A stretch of DNA of 38,394 bases from NCBI GenBank assembly GCA_017610385.1, contig JAFCCC010000006.1, forward strand, positions 1 to 38,394, given 5' to 3'. This DNA is from Candidatus Nanohalarchaeota archaeon (GTDB taxonomy: Archaea; Nanohalarchaeota; Nanosalinia; Nanosalinales; JAFCCC01). A model generated the notes under the pieces. That model saw nothing but the letters and a program-made list of their open reading frames with translations. It had not been told where the DNA came from and did not search any database. Both the position numbers and the translations under genes were made by a program. Positions 19,028-27,994 of this stretch are shown here, in pieces (position 1 is the stretch's first letter; every line of letters begins with the position of its first letter).

Positions 19028-19513
19028 ATGAAAAGTCACCGTAAACTATTTAAATCAATAGTGACTAAAATAATCACTACTACCGTAGAGAAGATGGATA
19101 TGAATGATTTGGAAGAAATTAGAAAACGAAAAATGGAAGAACTAAAGAACAAATTGAGACCACATCACACCAAAATAAAAATTGAGGTAACTGATAGTAA
19201 TTTTGAAGAAGAAGTAATAAAACAAAGTAAAAATGCTTTAATTATTGTTGATTTTTGGGCCAGTTGGTGTATGCCATGTAAAATGCTGAGCCCAATTTTA
19301 GAAAAAATTGCAGAAGAACATAAAGGAAAAATTACTTTGGCTAAATTAGATGTTGATAGAAATCCAAGAATGAGCCAAAAATACAGGATAAATGGCATTC
19401 CCGCAGTTAAACTTTTTAAAAACGGAAAACTTGTTGATGAATTCGTGGGAGCATTACCAGAAGAACAAGTAAGAAGATATATTGATAAACACATAAATAG
19501 TGATTTACAGTAA
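19028..19513 (+). CDS. thioredoxin with an N-terminal extension (CMPC active site)
   Basis: 'VDFWASWCMPCKMLSP' and the Trx fold. The ~60-aa N-terminal extension may mean a later start. Confidence 0.8.
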   Translation: MKSHRKLFKSIVTKIITTTVEKMDMNDLEEIRKRKMEELKNKLRPHHTKIKIEVTDSNFEEEVIKQSKNALIIVDFWASWCMPCKMLSPILEKIAEEHKGKITLAKLDVDRNPRMSQKYRINGIPAVKLFKNGKLVDEFVGALPEEQVRRYIDKHINSDLQ

Positions 19514-19547
19514 AAATTATCACAGAAAAAAATAACTAAATAAGGCG

Positions 19548-19856
19548 ATAAAAACGGTAAGAATAGACGAAGCAAATTGTATCGGCTGTGGAATTTGTCA
19601 GAGCATATGCCCTGCGGGATTTGAAATAATTAATGGAAAATCAAAAGTAAAAGATGATAAGGCAGATTGTATTCAAGAGGCCGCTAAACAGTGTCCTAGA
19701 AATGCGATTATACTTGATGAAAAAGAAAAAAGAAGTGAAAAATCTACAACTACTGTAAAAGAAGAAACACCTATTGGAACTGCTTGGGGTGAAAGAAGGG
19801 TTTTCGGAATGCGTAACAGAAGACGGTTGCGTGGTTTTGGAAGAAATAGAAGATAA
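19548..19856 (+). CDS. mini ferredoxin-like protein with Arg/Gly-rich C-terminal tail; no canonical start codon
   Basis: Open frame 19536-19856 encodes 'RIDEANCIGCGICQSICPAGFEIINGK...DCIQEAAKQCPRNAIIL...RRVFGMRNRRRLRGFGRNRR'. Paralog of 37779-38057. There is no in-frame ATG, GTG or TTG before the Cys motif. The 5' coordinate is a guess (ATA). Confidence 0.4.
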   Translation: MKTVRIDEANCIGCGICQSICPAGFEIINGKSKVKDDKADCIQEAAKQCPRNAIILDEKEKRSEKSTTTVKEETPIGTAWGERRVFGMRNRRRLRGFGRNRR

Positions 19857-19995
19857 TTAAATAAACTAAATCAGAGTGCAATCATAAAAAATACAAACGT
19901 AAAAATATAGCGTTCATAGATCTACCTAATTCAATAAGTAATTAAACTAAATGGAGGTTAATCTATATCAGAAAATAAATAGGAGGAAAAATAAA

Positions 19996-20334
19996 ATGTC
20001 AAAAACAATAGAAATAACATCTGAAAACTTTAAAGAAAAGGTTCTTGATTCAAAGATTCCAGTATTAGTAGATTTTTGGGCCCCTTGGTGCCAACCATGT
20101 CTAATGATGGCCCCCGGTCTAGAAGACCTATCAGAAGAATTAGATGGCAAATTAAAAATAGGCAAACTAAACACAGAAATTCCAGAAAATCAAATGCTTG
20201 CCATACAATATCAAATTAGAAGTATCCCAAACATGAAACTTTTCAAAGACGGAAAAATAATTCAAGAATTCATTGGTTTGCGTCCTAAAGAAATATTGAA
20301 AGCAGAATTAGAAAAAGAGATTGATTTAACTTAA
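19996..20334 (+). CDS. trxA: thioredoxin
   Basis: 'VDFWAPWCQPC'. The start is set at the ATG preceded by AGGAGG (19981-19986) rather than the track's 19951. Confidence 0.85.
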   Translation: MSKTIEITSENFKEKVLDSKIPVLVDFWAPWCQPCLMMAPGLEDLSEELDGKLKIGKLNTEIPENQMLAIQYQIRSIPNMKLFKDGKIIQEFIGLRPKEILKAELEKEIDLT

Positions 20335-20350
20335 AAATACGTGGTGAAAA

Positions 20351-21256
20351 ATGAAAGAGAACGTTTATGACGTAATTATAGTTGGGGCAGGACCTGCTGG
20401 CTTAACTGCAGCGATCTACTCTGGAAGGTATTTATTAAATACTTTAGTTATTGGTGAATTAGATGGTGGAACAATATCTGAAGCCTACGAAGTATGTAAT
20501 TTTCCTACATATCCAAATATTAGTGGAATGGATCTAAGCCTAAAGATGTTAGAACAAGTAAAAAAATTAGGAATTGAAATAAAACACGAAATAGTTGAGG
20601 ATATTAAATCAAAAGAAAATTTTGAAATTAAAACAAACAATGCTACGTATAAATCTAAAAAAATTATTTTGGCTATAGGTCGAGAAAAAAGAAAATTGGG
20701 TCTTAAAAATGAAAAAGAGCTTTTGGGTAGAGGAATTAGTTATTGTGCAACGTGTGATGCGGGATTTTATAGAGATAAAATAGTGTCTGTTATTGGTGGA
20801 AGTAATGCGGCATTAACTGCCGCTTTATTACTGTCTAAATATGCAGAAAAAGTTTATATCATATATAGAAAAGAAAAATTCTTTAGGGCCGAACCTGCAT
20901 GGGTAAAACAAGTTGAAAGCAATAAAAAAATCATCTCTATTTTTAATTCAAATATAATAAAAATCAACGGTACAGAACAAGTAGAAAGCATTGTCTTAGA
21001 TACTAATAAAGAATTAACAGTTGACGGCATTTTTGTGGAAATCGGATCAGAACCGAATACAAAACTTGCTAATCAACTAAAGTTGAAATTGGAAAAAGAT
21101 TATATAATAGTAGATAAATTTCAAAAAACATCCTTGACTGGTGTTTTCGCGGCAGGGGATATTACAAACAACTCCTTGAAACAAGTTATAACTGCTTGCG
21201 GAGAAGGTGCTATTGCAGCTAATTCTGCTTATGAAGAAATAGTTAAAGGTAATTAA
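20351..21256 (+). CDS. trxB: thioredoxin-disulfide reductase
   Basis: FAD site 'VIIVGAGPAGLTAA', redox-active 'CATCDAGF', NAD(P)H site 'VIGGSNAALTAA'. Confidence 0.85.
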   Translation: MKENVYDVIIVGAGPAGLTAAIYSGRYLLNTLVIGELDGGTISEAYEVCNFPTYPNISGMDLSLKMLEQVKKLGIEIKHEIVEDIKSKENFEIKTNNATYKSKKIILAIGREKRKLGLKNEKELLGRGISYCATCDAGFYRDKIVSVIGGSNAALTAALLLSKYAEKVYIIYRKEKFFRAEPAWVKQVESNKKIISIFNSNIIKINGTEQVESIVLDTNKELTVDGIFVEIGSEPNTKLANQLKLKLEKDYIIVDKFQKTSLTGVFAAGDITNNSLKQVITACGEGAIAANSAYEEIVKGN

Positions 21257-21257
21257 A

Positions 21258-22481
21258 ATGTCTATATTTAATAATATCACAAGAAATTTAGAAAAAGTAT
21301 CTGACTATCTAAACTTAACAGATTCTGAAAAAGAATTGTTACTAAAACACAAAACAATTCATAAAGCGAGATTAATTGTTAATAAAAAATCATATGATGC
21401 ATGGAGAATTATCCATAATGATTCCCTTGGTCCTGGAAAAGGGGGAATACGATTTCATCCAAATGTTTCTGAAGATGAAGTTAGATCTTTGTCTTTTTGG
21501 ATGAGTTTGAAAAATTCTTTAGCAGGATTACCATATGGTGGTGCTAAGGGTGGAGTAAAAATTAATTCCAAAGAATTAAGCGAAAAAGAGAGTGAGGCCG
21601 TTGCTAGGGCGTACATACAATCATTTCATACAGATATTGGCGAAAATAAGGACATTCCTGCACCAGATGTTTATACTAATCCAAAAATAATGGGTTGGAT
21701 GCTTGACGAATTTGAGAAAATAACAGGCAGACACGAACCAGGAGTCATAACTGGAAAACCAATTGAATTAGGTGGGTGTGTACTACGAGGAGATGCCACC
21801 TCAAAAGGAGGCAAGATCATACTTGATCTTTTCCTTGAAAACATAAATAAAAGGGCGGAAGATACATCAGTAATTGTTCAAGGATTTGGTAACGCAGGAA
21901 TGAACATTGCAAAAATGCTCCATAACGGCGGTTATACAGTAATTGGTGTTAGCGACAGTAAAGGAGGCATTTTTAATGAAAATGGTTTGGATATCAACAA
22001 GATAATTCAAACTAAGAAAGAACTTAGCACAGTAACACAATATGCAGATGCGAAACAAGTAACCAATAAAGACTTATTAGAACTGAAAACAGATGTATTG
22101 GTTTTAGCAGCACTGGAGAATCAAATAACAAAAGAAAATGCAAATGAAATAAAAGCTAAAAACATTCTGGAATTAGCTAATGGACCAATAACTTCTGAGG
22201 CAGATGACATTCTAAATGAAAAGGGAATCATTGTAATTCCAGATATATTAGCGAATTCAGGAGGAGTAATTGTTAGTTATTGTGAATGGGTACAAAATAA
22301 AACAGGACATATTTTTTCAAAAGACTATATGGAGAACATTCTCAAAGAGAAATTACTTCATTCATTCAATGGAACATACGAACTATACACGAAAGAAAAA
22401 GATTTTAGTATGAGAAATGCGGCGTATGTTATTGCGCTGAAAAGAATATTAAACGCAGAAAGAGCAAGAGATAATTTATAG
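21258..22481 (+). CDS. gdhA: Glu/Leu/Phe/Val-family amino acid dehydrogenase (glutamate dehydrogenase-like)
   Basis: 'LPYGGAKGGVKIN' contains the catalytic Lys. NAD(P) site 'VIVQGFGNAG'. 407 aa. Confidence 0.88.
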   Translation: MSIFNNITRNLEKVSDYLNLTDSEKELLLKHKTIHKARLIVNKKSYDAWRIIHNDSLGPGKGGIRFHPNVSEDEVRSLSFWMSLKNSLAGLPYGGAKGGVKINSKELSEKESEAVARAYIQSFHTDIGENKDIPAPDVYTNPKIMGWMLDEFEKITGRHEPGVITGKPIELGGCVLRGDATSKGGKIILDLFLENINKRAEDTSVIVQGFGNAGMNIAKMLHNGGYTVIGVSDSKGGIFNENGLDINKIIQTKKELSTVTQYADAKQVTNKDLLELKTDVLVLAALENQITKENANEIKAKNILELANGPITSEADDILNEKGIIVIPDILANSGGVIVSYCEWVQNKTGHIFSKDYMENILKEKLLHSFNGTYELYTKEKDFSMRNAAYVIALKRILNAERARDNL

Positions 22482-22497
22482 AGTTGGTGAATTTAAA

Positions 22498-22800
22498 ATG
22501 GATCAGATTCCAAAAGAAATAATTGAAAAAGAACTATCTAAAATTATGCATCCTGAAATAAATTTCAGTTTAGTGAAATTAAGTATGATAAAGAATATAG
22601 AAATAAAAGAAAACCTAGTTTCACTTACATTAAAACTTCCGTTTTTAGCGGTTCCAATTAAAGAGGATCTTATTAATAGCATAAAAGAATCAATAACAAA
22701 CATTAACCAAAATCTGCAAAGTAAGATATCTATTTTGCAAATGAGTGAAAAAGAAAGGCGTGACTTTGTGGAACTTGCGCGAGAGGGATGGAAAATTTAA
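22498..22800 (+). CDS. DUF59/MIP18-family (SufT-like) Fe-S cluster assembly protein
   Basis: 100 aa with the DUF59 pattern ('IMHPEINFSLVKLSMIKNIEI..VSLTLKLPF'). Confidence 0.65.
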   Translation: MDQIPKEIIEKELSKIMHPEINFSLVKLSMIKNIEIKENLVSLTLKLPFLAVPIKEDLINSIKESITNINQNLQSKISILQMSEKERRDFVELAREGWKI

Positions 22801-22801
22801 A

Positions 22802-23125
22802 ATGAAACTTTTGCTTTTTGTTTCATCACATTGTCCACACTGTCCAAGCGCGGAACGGGTTGTAAAGAAAGTTGCTCCAGATTATTCTGAACAGGGCCTA
22901 TTTTACACTAAAATAAGAACAAGAACTGTGGAGGGCAAAAAATTATCATTAAAACATTATATTAAAGGAACGCCAACGTTATTATTTCTTGATGAGACAG
23001 AAACAGAAGTAGGGAGAATCGTCGGCACACCTAGCGAAATGAATTTAAGAAACAAAATCGAGAAACTTCTGGGTCTTAAAACCTCTTTTTTCAAACGAAT
23101 TTTTGGTGGTAAAAATAAATCTTGA
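22802..23125 (+). CDS. small thioredoxin-fold protein with CPHC motif (glutaredoxin/thioredoxin-like)
   Basis: 'MKLLLFVSSHCPHCP...GTPTLLF'. The start is set at the ATG at 22802. The track's 22745 would overlap the DUF59 gene by 56 nt. Confidence 0.6.
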   Translation: MKLLLFVSSHCPHCPSAERVVKKVAPDYSEQGLFYTKIRTRTVEGKKLSLKHYIKGTPTLLFLDETETEVGRIVGTPSEMNLRNKIEKLLGLKTSFFKRIFGGKNKS

Positions 23126-23516
23126 TGAATTTTTAGAAAAGAAAAATATTATTGCGGTTGTGGGTGTCTCTATTGACAAGAAAAAATGGGGTTCACAAGT
23201 ATATAGAGCACTAAAACCGTTGAATTTTACTGCAGTTTATCCTGTAAATCCAAAATACAAAAAAATAGATGCAGATATTTGTTATTCTACTTTGAGTGCA
23301 TTACCGAAAAAACCAGATGTCGTCATAACCATAGTTCAACCGAAAATCACAGAACAGATTGTAAAAAAATGTAAAAAACTTGGAATAAATAAGGTTTGGA
23401 TGCAGCCGGGATCAGAATCAAAAAAAGCAATAAATTTTTGTGAGGATAATAAAATTCAAACAATTCATGATCTGTGTTTTGTTATAAACGGATTAAAGGA
23501 AAAATTTGATAAATGA
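23103..23516 (+). CDS. CoA-binding domain protein (YccU-like)
   Basis: 'IAVVGVSIDKKKWGSQVY..VYPVNPKY..KVWMQPGSES'. TTG start, so the exact start is uncertain. Confidence 0.65.
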   Translation: MVVKINLDEFLEKKNIIAVVGVSIDKKKWGSQVYRALKPLNFTAVYPVNPKYKKIDADICYSTLSALPKKPDVVITIVQPKITEQIVKKCKKLGINKVWMQPGSESKKAINFCEDNKIQTIHDLCFVINGLKEKFDK

Positions 23517-23520
23517 TTTA

Positions 23521-23627
23521 TAAAAATATGAAATAGAAATTGAATTTTTAAAAATATGAAATAAATAATTGAAATGGAAACTGAGTTATTAAAAATATGA
23601 AATAAACACCGTATATATGAAATAATG
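23521..23627. repeat. four direct repeats of 'AAAAATATGAAATA' (two extended to about 27 nt) in the promoter region of the HTH gene
   Basis: Copies start at about 23522, 23550, 23591 and 23613. The first two units are about 26/27 identical ('AAAAATATGAAATA[G/A]AA.ATTGAA.T'). Confidence 0.6.
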
Positions 23628-23653
23628 AATAATTTATTAAAAATTAGATTAAA

Positions 23654-23998
23654 ATGATAACATTTTTATGCAAAAAAATATCCAAAGAAGATTTAATTAG
23701 ATGTGCATTTGCATTAAATAAAACAGAATATAATTTATTGATTTTCTTATCGAAAAAAGAAGATAAATATACTGCAGCACAAATTTCAGAATTCATGAAA
23801 CTTGACAGAACAACAATTCAAAAGGCCATAAAAAATTTGGTTGATAAAAAAATAGTAAAAAGAACACAGCAAAATATTTCTGGTGGTGGCTATATGTTTT
23901 TGTACGCAATATCTGATAAAAAAAAGATTAAAGAAAAAATAAAGAAAGTTGTTAATAAATGGTGCAAAGGCGTTAAAGAATCAATTAATGAATTATAA
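23654..23998 (+). CDS. small winged-helix transcriptional regulator (MarR/TrmB-like)
   Basis: 'YNLLIFLSKKEDKYTAAQISEFMKLDRTTIQKAIKNLVDKKIVKR' gives an HTH plus wing. 114 aa. Confidence 0.55.
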   Translation: MITFLCKKISKEDLIRCAFALNKTEYNLLIFLSKKEDKYTAAQISEFMKLDRTTIQKAIKNLVDKKIVKRTQQNISGGGYMFLYAISDKKKIKEKIKKVVNKWCKGVKESINEL

Positions 23999-24107
23999 CT
24001 TTTTCATAAAATGAAAATATGTATAAAATCTATATAGATTCCTTTTTAATGCGTATTGGATTTTAGTGCAACGTTCTCGAAGGCAAAAAATCAATATACT
24101 GTCTTGA

Positions 24108-25001
24108 TTGAATATTCAATTCTCAAATAAATTAATAAATAACAAAAGAAATCTTTATGAAATGTTAAAAAATATTATCTTTACTGCGTGCGACGCAAAA
24201 TATGGAGATTTCTTAGCAGATCACTGGTTAAAATCATTAAGAGAAAATGTAGATTGTTCTAATATTGATATTGTTATCCTTGATTATGGTCTTAATGAAA
24301 AGCAGAAAGAAAGATTAAATGGTGTAAAAATAGTAAAATGCGAAAGAGATGGTCATGTTGTAAATATAAGATATAGAGATATGAAAAAGTATTTAGAAAA
24401 TCATACTTATGATCAAGTCCTTTCTATTGATGGTGGAGATATTATTTTTCAATCAGATATCAACAATGAGTTTGAAAGACACAAAAACAAATTCAGAGCT
24501 GTTTTTGAAGATTTTTATTTGCCATTTGCAGAATTCTTTAGTTCAGATTGCTTTTCTAAAACAGATGCTAAAAAGTTCAGAGAATTCTTTAAGGATAAAA
24601 AAACATTAAATGGTGGAGTAGTGTTTGCGCCCGCAAATAAATTTGTAGAACTTTGTGATTATGTTGTAACTACCATTCAAAATATGAGCCGATACGGTCC
24701 AGACCAAATCGCCATGAATTATTTTATGCTTAATCATGACTTTAAAGCATTAGATTCAGATTATAATTTTGCAATTCATACTACGAGAAGAAAATTCAAA
24801 ATAAGAAATGGCATTTTTTATGATAAAAATGACCACAAAATTCCAATTGTGCATAATATTGGTTATTTTTCATGGTATAGACCTATTCGGAACTTTGGGT
24901 ACGGCCATGATAGAAATCAATTAAAAATACCCCTATTCTATCTAACAAGAATGTTATACTTGATGATGCATGTGATTAAATCTCATAAGAAGAGTAAATA
25001 G
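24108..25001 (+). CDS. putative GT-A-fold nucleotide-sugar transferase-like protein
   Basis: 'IIFTACDAKYGDFL...IVILDYG...SIDGGDIIFQSD' suggests a DxD-type Rossmann-like N-terminal domain. Homology is uncertain and the start may be the ATG at 24157. Confidence 0.35.
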   Translation: MNIQFSNKLINNKRNLYEMLKNIIFTACDAKYGDFLADHWLKSLRENVDCSNIDIVILDYGLNEKQKERLNGVKIVKCERDGHVVNIRYRDMKKYLENHTYDQVLSIDGGDIIFQSDINNEFERHKNKFRAVFEDFYLPFAEFFSSDCFSKTDAKKFREFFKDKKTLNGGVVFAPANKFVELCDYVVTTIQNMSRYGPDQIAMNYFMLNHDFKALDSDYNFAIHTTRRKFKIRNGIFYDKNDHKIPIVHNIGYFSWYRPIRNFGYGHDRNQLKIPLFYLTRMLYLMMHVIKSHKKSK

Positions 25002-25037
25002 CAGATACAATCTCAGAAGAAGAGTAAATAGGAGATA
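24981..25037. repeat. 30-nt tandem duplication spanning the stop codon of the GT-like gene
   Basis: TCTCATAAGAAGAGTAAATAGCAGATA (24981-25007) and TCTCAGAAGAAGAGTAAATAGGAGATA (25011-25037) are 25/27 identical. Confidence 0.7.
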
Positions 25038-25175
25038 TAAAATAATTACTCAAAGGCAACAAGTATTATAGCAAACTTCATATTTTAAAGTTTATAAGAA
25101 TTAAAGAACTCATTCTAAGCTCGATTTATGTGAGTTATATATAGCGGTTCTGGTAAATTGTTCTTAGTGAATGAA

Positions 25176-25427
25176 ATGGCGAAAACTACAGCGAAAAAAT
25201 CTATTAAAAAATCTGTTAAGAAAGCAATTGCAAGGCCTACTGAAAAGGCATCACAGGAATGTACCAACTGTTGTTCAATACACCATGCACCTTTTGCAGG
25301 AGTAATATTTATTCTTGCAATTTTGTGGATTCTCCAAGAATTTGAAATTCTGGCATGGAATCTTCCGTGGCTACCAATTATCATTGGTCTAGTAGCATTA
25401 GGTGGGTTAACAGCTCGAAATAAGTAG
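25176..25427 (+). CDS. small membrane protein with a CxxCC/HH motif
   Basis: 'MAKTTAKKSIKK..CTNCCSIHHAPF' followed by two TM helices. Preferred over the overlapping antisense ORF 25115-25384. Confidence 0.4.
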   Translation: MAKTTAKKSIKKSVKKAIARPTEKASQECTNCCSIHHAPFAGVIFILAILWILQEFEILAWNLPWLPIIIGLVALGGLTARNK

Positions 25428-25522
25428 GCTCTTAATTGAGCTTACCATCTTATCTTTTTCTATAAAAGGATCTAATTTAATTTTGATTGTTAATTGTTTT
25501 CAGCAGAAATAAAAAATAACTC

Positions 25523-25903
25523 CTAATTTTCTAAAAAGGCTCTATTTAAAATATCCCAGCGTCCATCTACAACTGCGTAAGTTACAGTTTCATTTTGAAC
25601 AATTAGTGTAGAATTATGCGGCGTTATGATATGCGCGATAAATTTACTAGCGCGATCACCGTATCCGTCATTTTTACACTTGAAGGTAAAATCAAATTGC
25701 CACGCTTCTTCAGCTAAGTTAGTTATTTTGATTAATTTCAAATCAAAACCGTCGAATTTATACATTGGAGCGCCCTCCATAACTAATTTAGCTAATTGAG
25801 CTGCATTTTCTTGGGAATAAGGCGCTTCTTTTTCAACGCATCCAGAAATGAAAATCGCGATAATTAACATCATACTCAAAATAAAAAGGAATTTTTTATT
25901 CAT
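25523..25903 (-). CDS. predicted secreted lipoprotein, unknown function
   Basis: Signal peptide plus lipobox-like 'ISGCVEKE'. 126 aa. Confidence 0.5.
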   Translation of the reverse strand: MNKKFLFILSMMLIIAIFISGCVEKEAPYSQENAAQLAKLVMEGAPMYKFDGFDLKLIKITNLAEEAWQFDFTFKCKNDGYGDRASKFIAHIITPHNSTLIVQNETVTYAVVDGRWDILNRAFLEN

Positions 25904-25999
25904 TTTGCTGATTCAAATATTATTCTACGGTATTAAAAAGCTATGTTTCAAGGGGAATAAATAAAAGCTTATCCTCTGTTATTAGAATAAGTGATTAAT

Positions 26000-26179
26000 A
26001 TGGAATTTGAAATAAAGGGAACTGCGGTTGTTAAAAAAAATACACAAACATTTTCTAAAATAATAACTGCTCAAAGTAAAAAGCATGCTGAAGAAATCGT
26101 TTTGGCATCGCTGGGAAGTAATTACAAAATACATAGACAGGATATCAAAATACTTGAAATTAATGAGGTTAAAAAATGA
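26000..26179 (+). CDS. rplX: 50S ribosomal protein LX (L18Ae/L20A family)
   Basis: 'FEIKGTAVVKKNTQ..AQSKKHAEEIVLASLGSNYKIHRQDIKILEINEV' matches the LX pattern. Sits in the conserved LX-pfdA-ftsY order. Confidence 0.65.
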   Translation: MEFEIKGTAVVKKNTQTFSKIITAQSKKHAEEIVLASLGSNYKIHRQDIKILEINEVKK

Positions 26180-26580
26180 GTGTGCAAGAGAAAATAATGC
26201 AATATCAAGAATTGCAGCAAAATTTGCAAATGCTGGAGCAATACAAACAAGGAGTTTTATCGGTACTACAAGAAATTTCTTCAACACAGGAAACTTTAAA
26301 AGAATTGCAAAAAGCAAAAAACGATGATGAAGTATTATTTCCCATTGGTTCTGGAATTCTAGTACCAGGAAAACTAAACAATTCTAAGGAAGCTCTAACG
26401 AGTATCGGCGGCAAAACACTTGTTATGAAAACTTTAGAGGAATCAAATAATTTTTTGCAAAAAAGGCGTGGAGAACAAGAAGAAATTTTAGTGAATTTAG
26501 ACAAACAAATACAAGAACATTATTCTGCCGTGCAAAAAACAATGACTGAAATACAAGAACTTCAAAAAAAACACGATTAA
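26176..26580 (+). CDS. pfdA: prefoldin alpha subunit
   Basis: 134 aa with coiled coil, beta hairpin ('VLFPIGSGILVPGKL'), coiled coil. Conserved neighbour of ftsY and LX. Confidence 0.75.
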   Translation: MSVQEKIMQYQELQQNLQMLEQYKQGVLSVLQEISSTQETLKELQKAKNDDEVLFPIGSGILVPGKLNNSKEALTSIGGKTLVMKTLEESNNFLQKRRGEQEEILVNLDKQIQEHYSAVQKTMTEIQELQKKHD

Positions 26581-26581
26581 A

Positions 26582-27478
26582 ATGTTTAAGGGATTACGAG
26601 AAACACTTAACAAATTCTCACAAAAAGCCAAAGAAACAATTAGTGAAAAAGAAATTTCATTAAAAGATTTAAAAAAACCACTAGAGGAATTTAACTTGCA
26701 ATTAATTAAAAATAATGTTTCCTTTACTGTTTCTGAAAAAATTATTGAAGATTTAACTAATAAATTTAAAGGAACGAAAATTAACCGTGGTTCATTAGAA
26801 GTTTTTTTAGAAAAATCCATTAGAAAAAGTTTATTAGAAATATTAAATTTGGAAAAAATCAATTTGGAAAATTTTATAGAAAAAAACAGACCCGCGTTAT
26901 TTCTGTTTATGGGTTTTAATGGTTCAGGAAAGACGACGACAATTGCTAAAATAGCCAAAAAGTTCAAAGATAGATTCAAAATAGTTTTAGCAGCGGGGGA
27001 TACGTTTAGAGCCGCTTCAATTGAGCAATTAGAAGAACACGCAGAAAATCTGGGTTTAAAAGTTATAAAACAAACTTATGGTGCGGATGCTGCTGCAGTT
27101 ATTTTCGATGCAAAAAAACACGCAGAAACAGAGAATTTAGATCTTATTTTAGCAGATACTGCTGGAAGAGCGCATACAAATATTAATCTAATCGGAGAAT
27201 TAGAAAAAATTATAAGAGTTAATAAACCGGATTTAAAAATTTTGCTTGTTGATTCACTTGTTGGAAATGATATTCTAAATCAAATTGAGGTTTATGAAAA
27301 AATTGGATTTGATTGCACAATATTAACAAAAACAGATGTAGATACTAGAGGCGGCACGATTTTAAATTTAGCATACTTAACAAAAAAGCCAATTTTATAT
27401 TTAGGAACTGGACAAGATTACAAAAACATAGAAGAATTTTCAGCAGAAAAAGTAATTAATTTACTTCTCAGTTCTTAA
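26582..27478 (+). CDS. ftsY: signal recognition particle receptor FtsY
   Basis: NG domain with 'FMGFNGSGKTTTIAKIA', 'DTAGR' and 'TKTD'. Confidence 0.9.
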   Translation: MFKGLRETLNKFSQKAKETISEKEISLKDLKKPLEEFNLQLIKNNVSFTVSEKIIEDLTNKFKGTKINRGSLEVFLEKSIRKSLLEILNLEKINLENFIEKNRPALFLFMGFNGSGKTTTIAKIAKKFKDRFKIVLAAGDTFRAASIEQLEEHAENLGLKVIKQTYGADAAAVIFDAKKHAETENLDLILADTAGRAHTNINLIGELEKIIRVNKPDLKILLVDSLVGNDILNQIEVYEKIGFDCTILTKTDVDTRGGTILNLAYLTKKPILYLGTGQDYKNIEEFSAEKVINLLLSS

Positions 27479-27572
27479 TTTATTTTTCAGTTCTTAAGCT
27501 GCTCATCCGTTTTTAATTTACTTCTCAGTTCTTAACATACTTCTTAGTTCCCAACATACTTCTCAATTAAAT
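27456..27572. repeat. degenerate tandem array of the ftsY 3' end (about 20-nt units)
   Basis: The 22-mer TAATTTACTTCTCAGTTCTTAA, which includes the ftsY stop, is exact at 27456-27478 and 27514-27535. Partial copies occur at 27485-27498, 27536-27555 and 27556-27572. Confidence 0.7.
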
Positions 27573-27872
27573 TTTACTTAATCTATTTAATTGATCTTCA
27601 AGAATTTCTAGTGTTTTGTATAGTTCCCAAAGTTTTCGGCTTGTTTCATTTGTTTTTGTTTCTGCTTGAATTCCAAAACGAGCATTTAACAATTGTGACA
27701 TATGTTGTTTTAGACTAATCATAAGCACGTTAAAATCTTCATTAACTTGTTCTTTTATCTCAAAAAGAACCTCTTTCTTAATTTGATTCCTTAAAAGTTT
27801 TGTTCTTCGTTTAACATATTTTTCTACACCAATTTTTTTTCTAATTAAGGAATATAATTTTTCAATTGACAT
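27567..27872 (-). CDS. hypothetical helical protein
   Basis: 101 aa, Lys/Glu-rich, no recognisable motif. Confidence 0.4.
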   Translation of the reverse strand: MSIEKLYSLIRKKIGVEKYVKRRTKLLRNQIKKEVLFEIKEQVNEDFNVLMISLKQHMSQLLNARFGIQAETKTNETSRKLWELYKTLEILEDQLNRLSKI

Positions 27873-27994
27873 ATTCCGTAGTAGTATTAACTAATATATA
27901 TAACTATCGGAGAGTTGTTACTATTCAGTTATAAGTAACCAATATAGTTTACATTTTTTTTAAAATTTATATTGATTGAAGTCAAATTAAAATC

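Noticed and set aside
25115-25384. 89-aa minus-strand ORF overlapping the small Cys membrane protein
   Set aside because: It is Arg/His-rich and atypical for this proteome. The plus-strand ORF has TM helices and a Lys-rich N-terminus typical of host genes. Either could be wrong.
25982-26979. Several overlapping ORFs (25982-26317-, 26085-26327+, 26205-26504-, 26497-26979-)
   Set aside because: They are shadows of the well-supported LX, prefoldin and ftsY genes.
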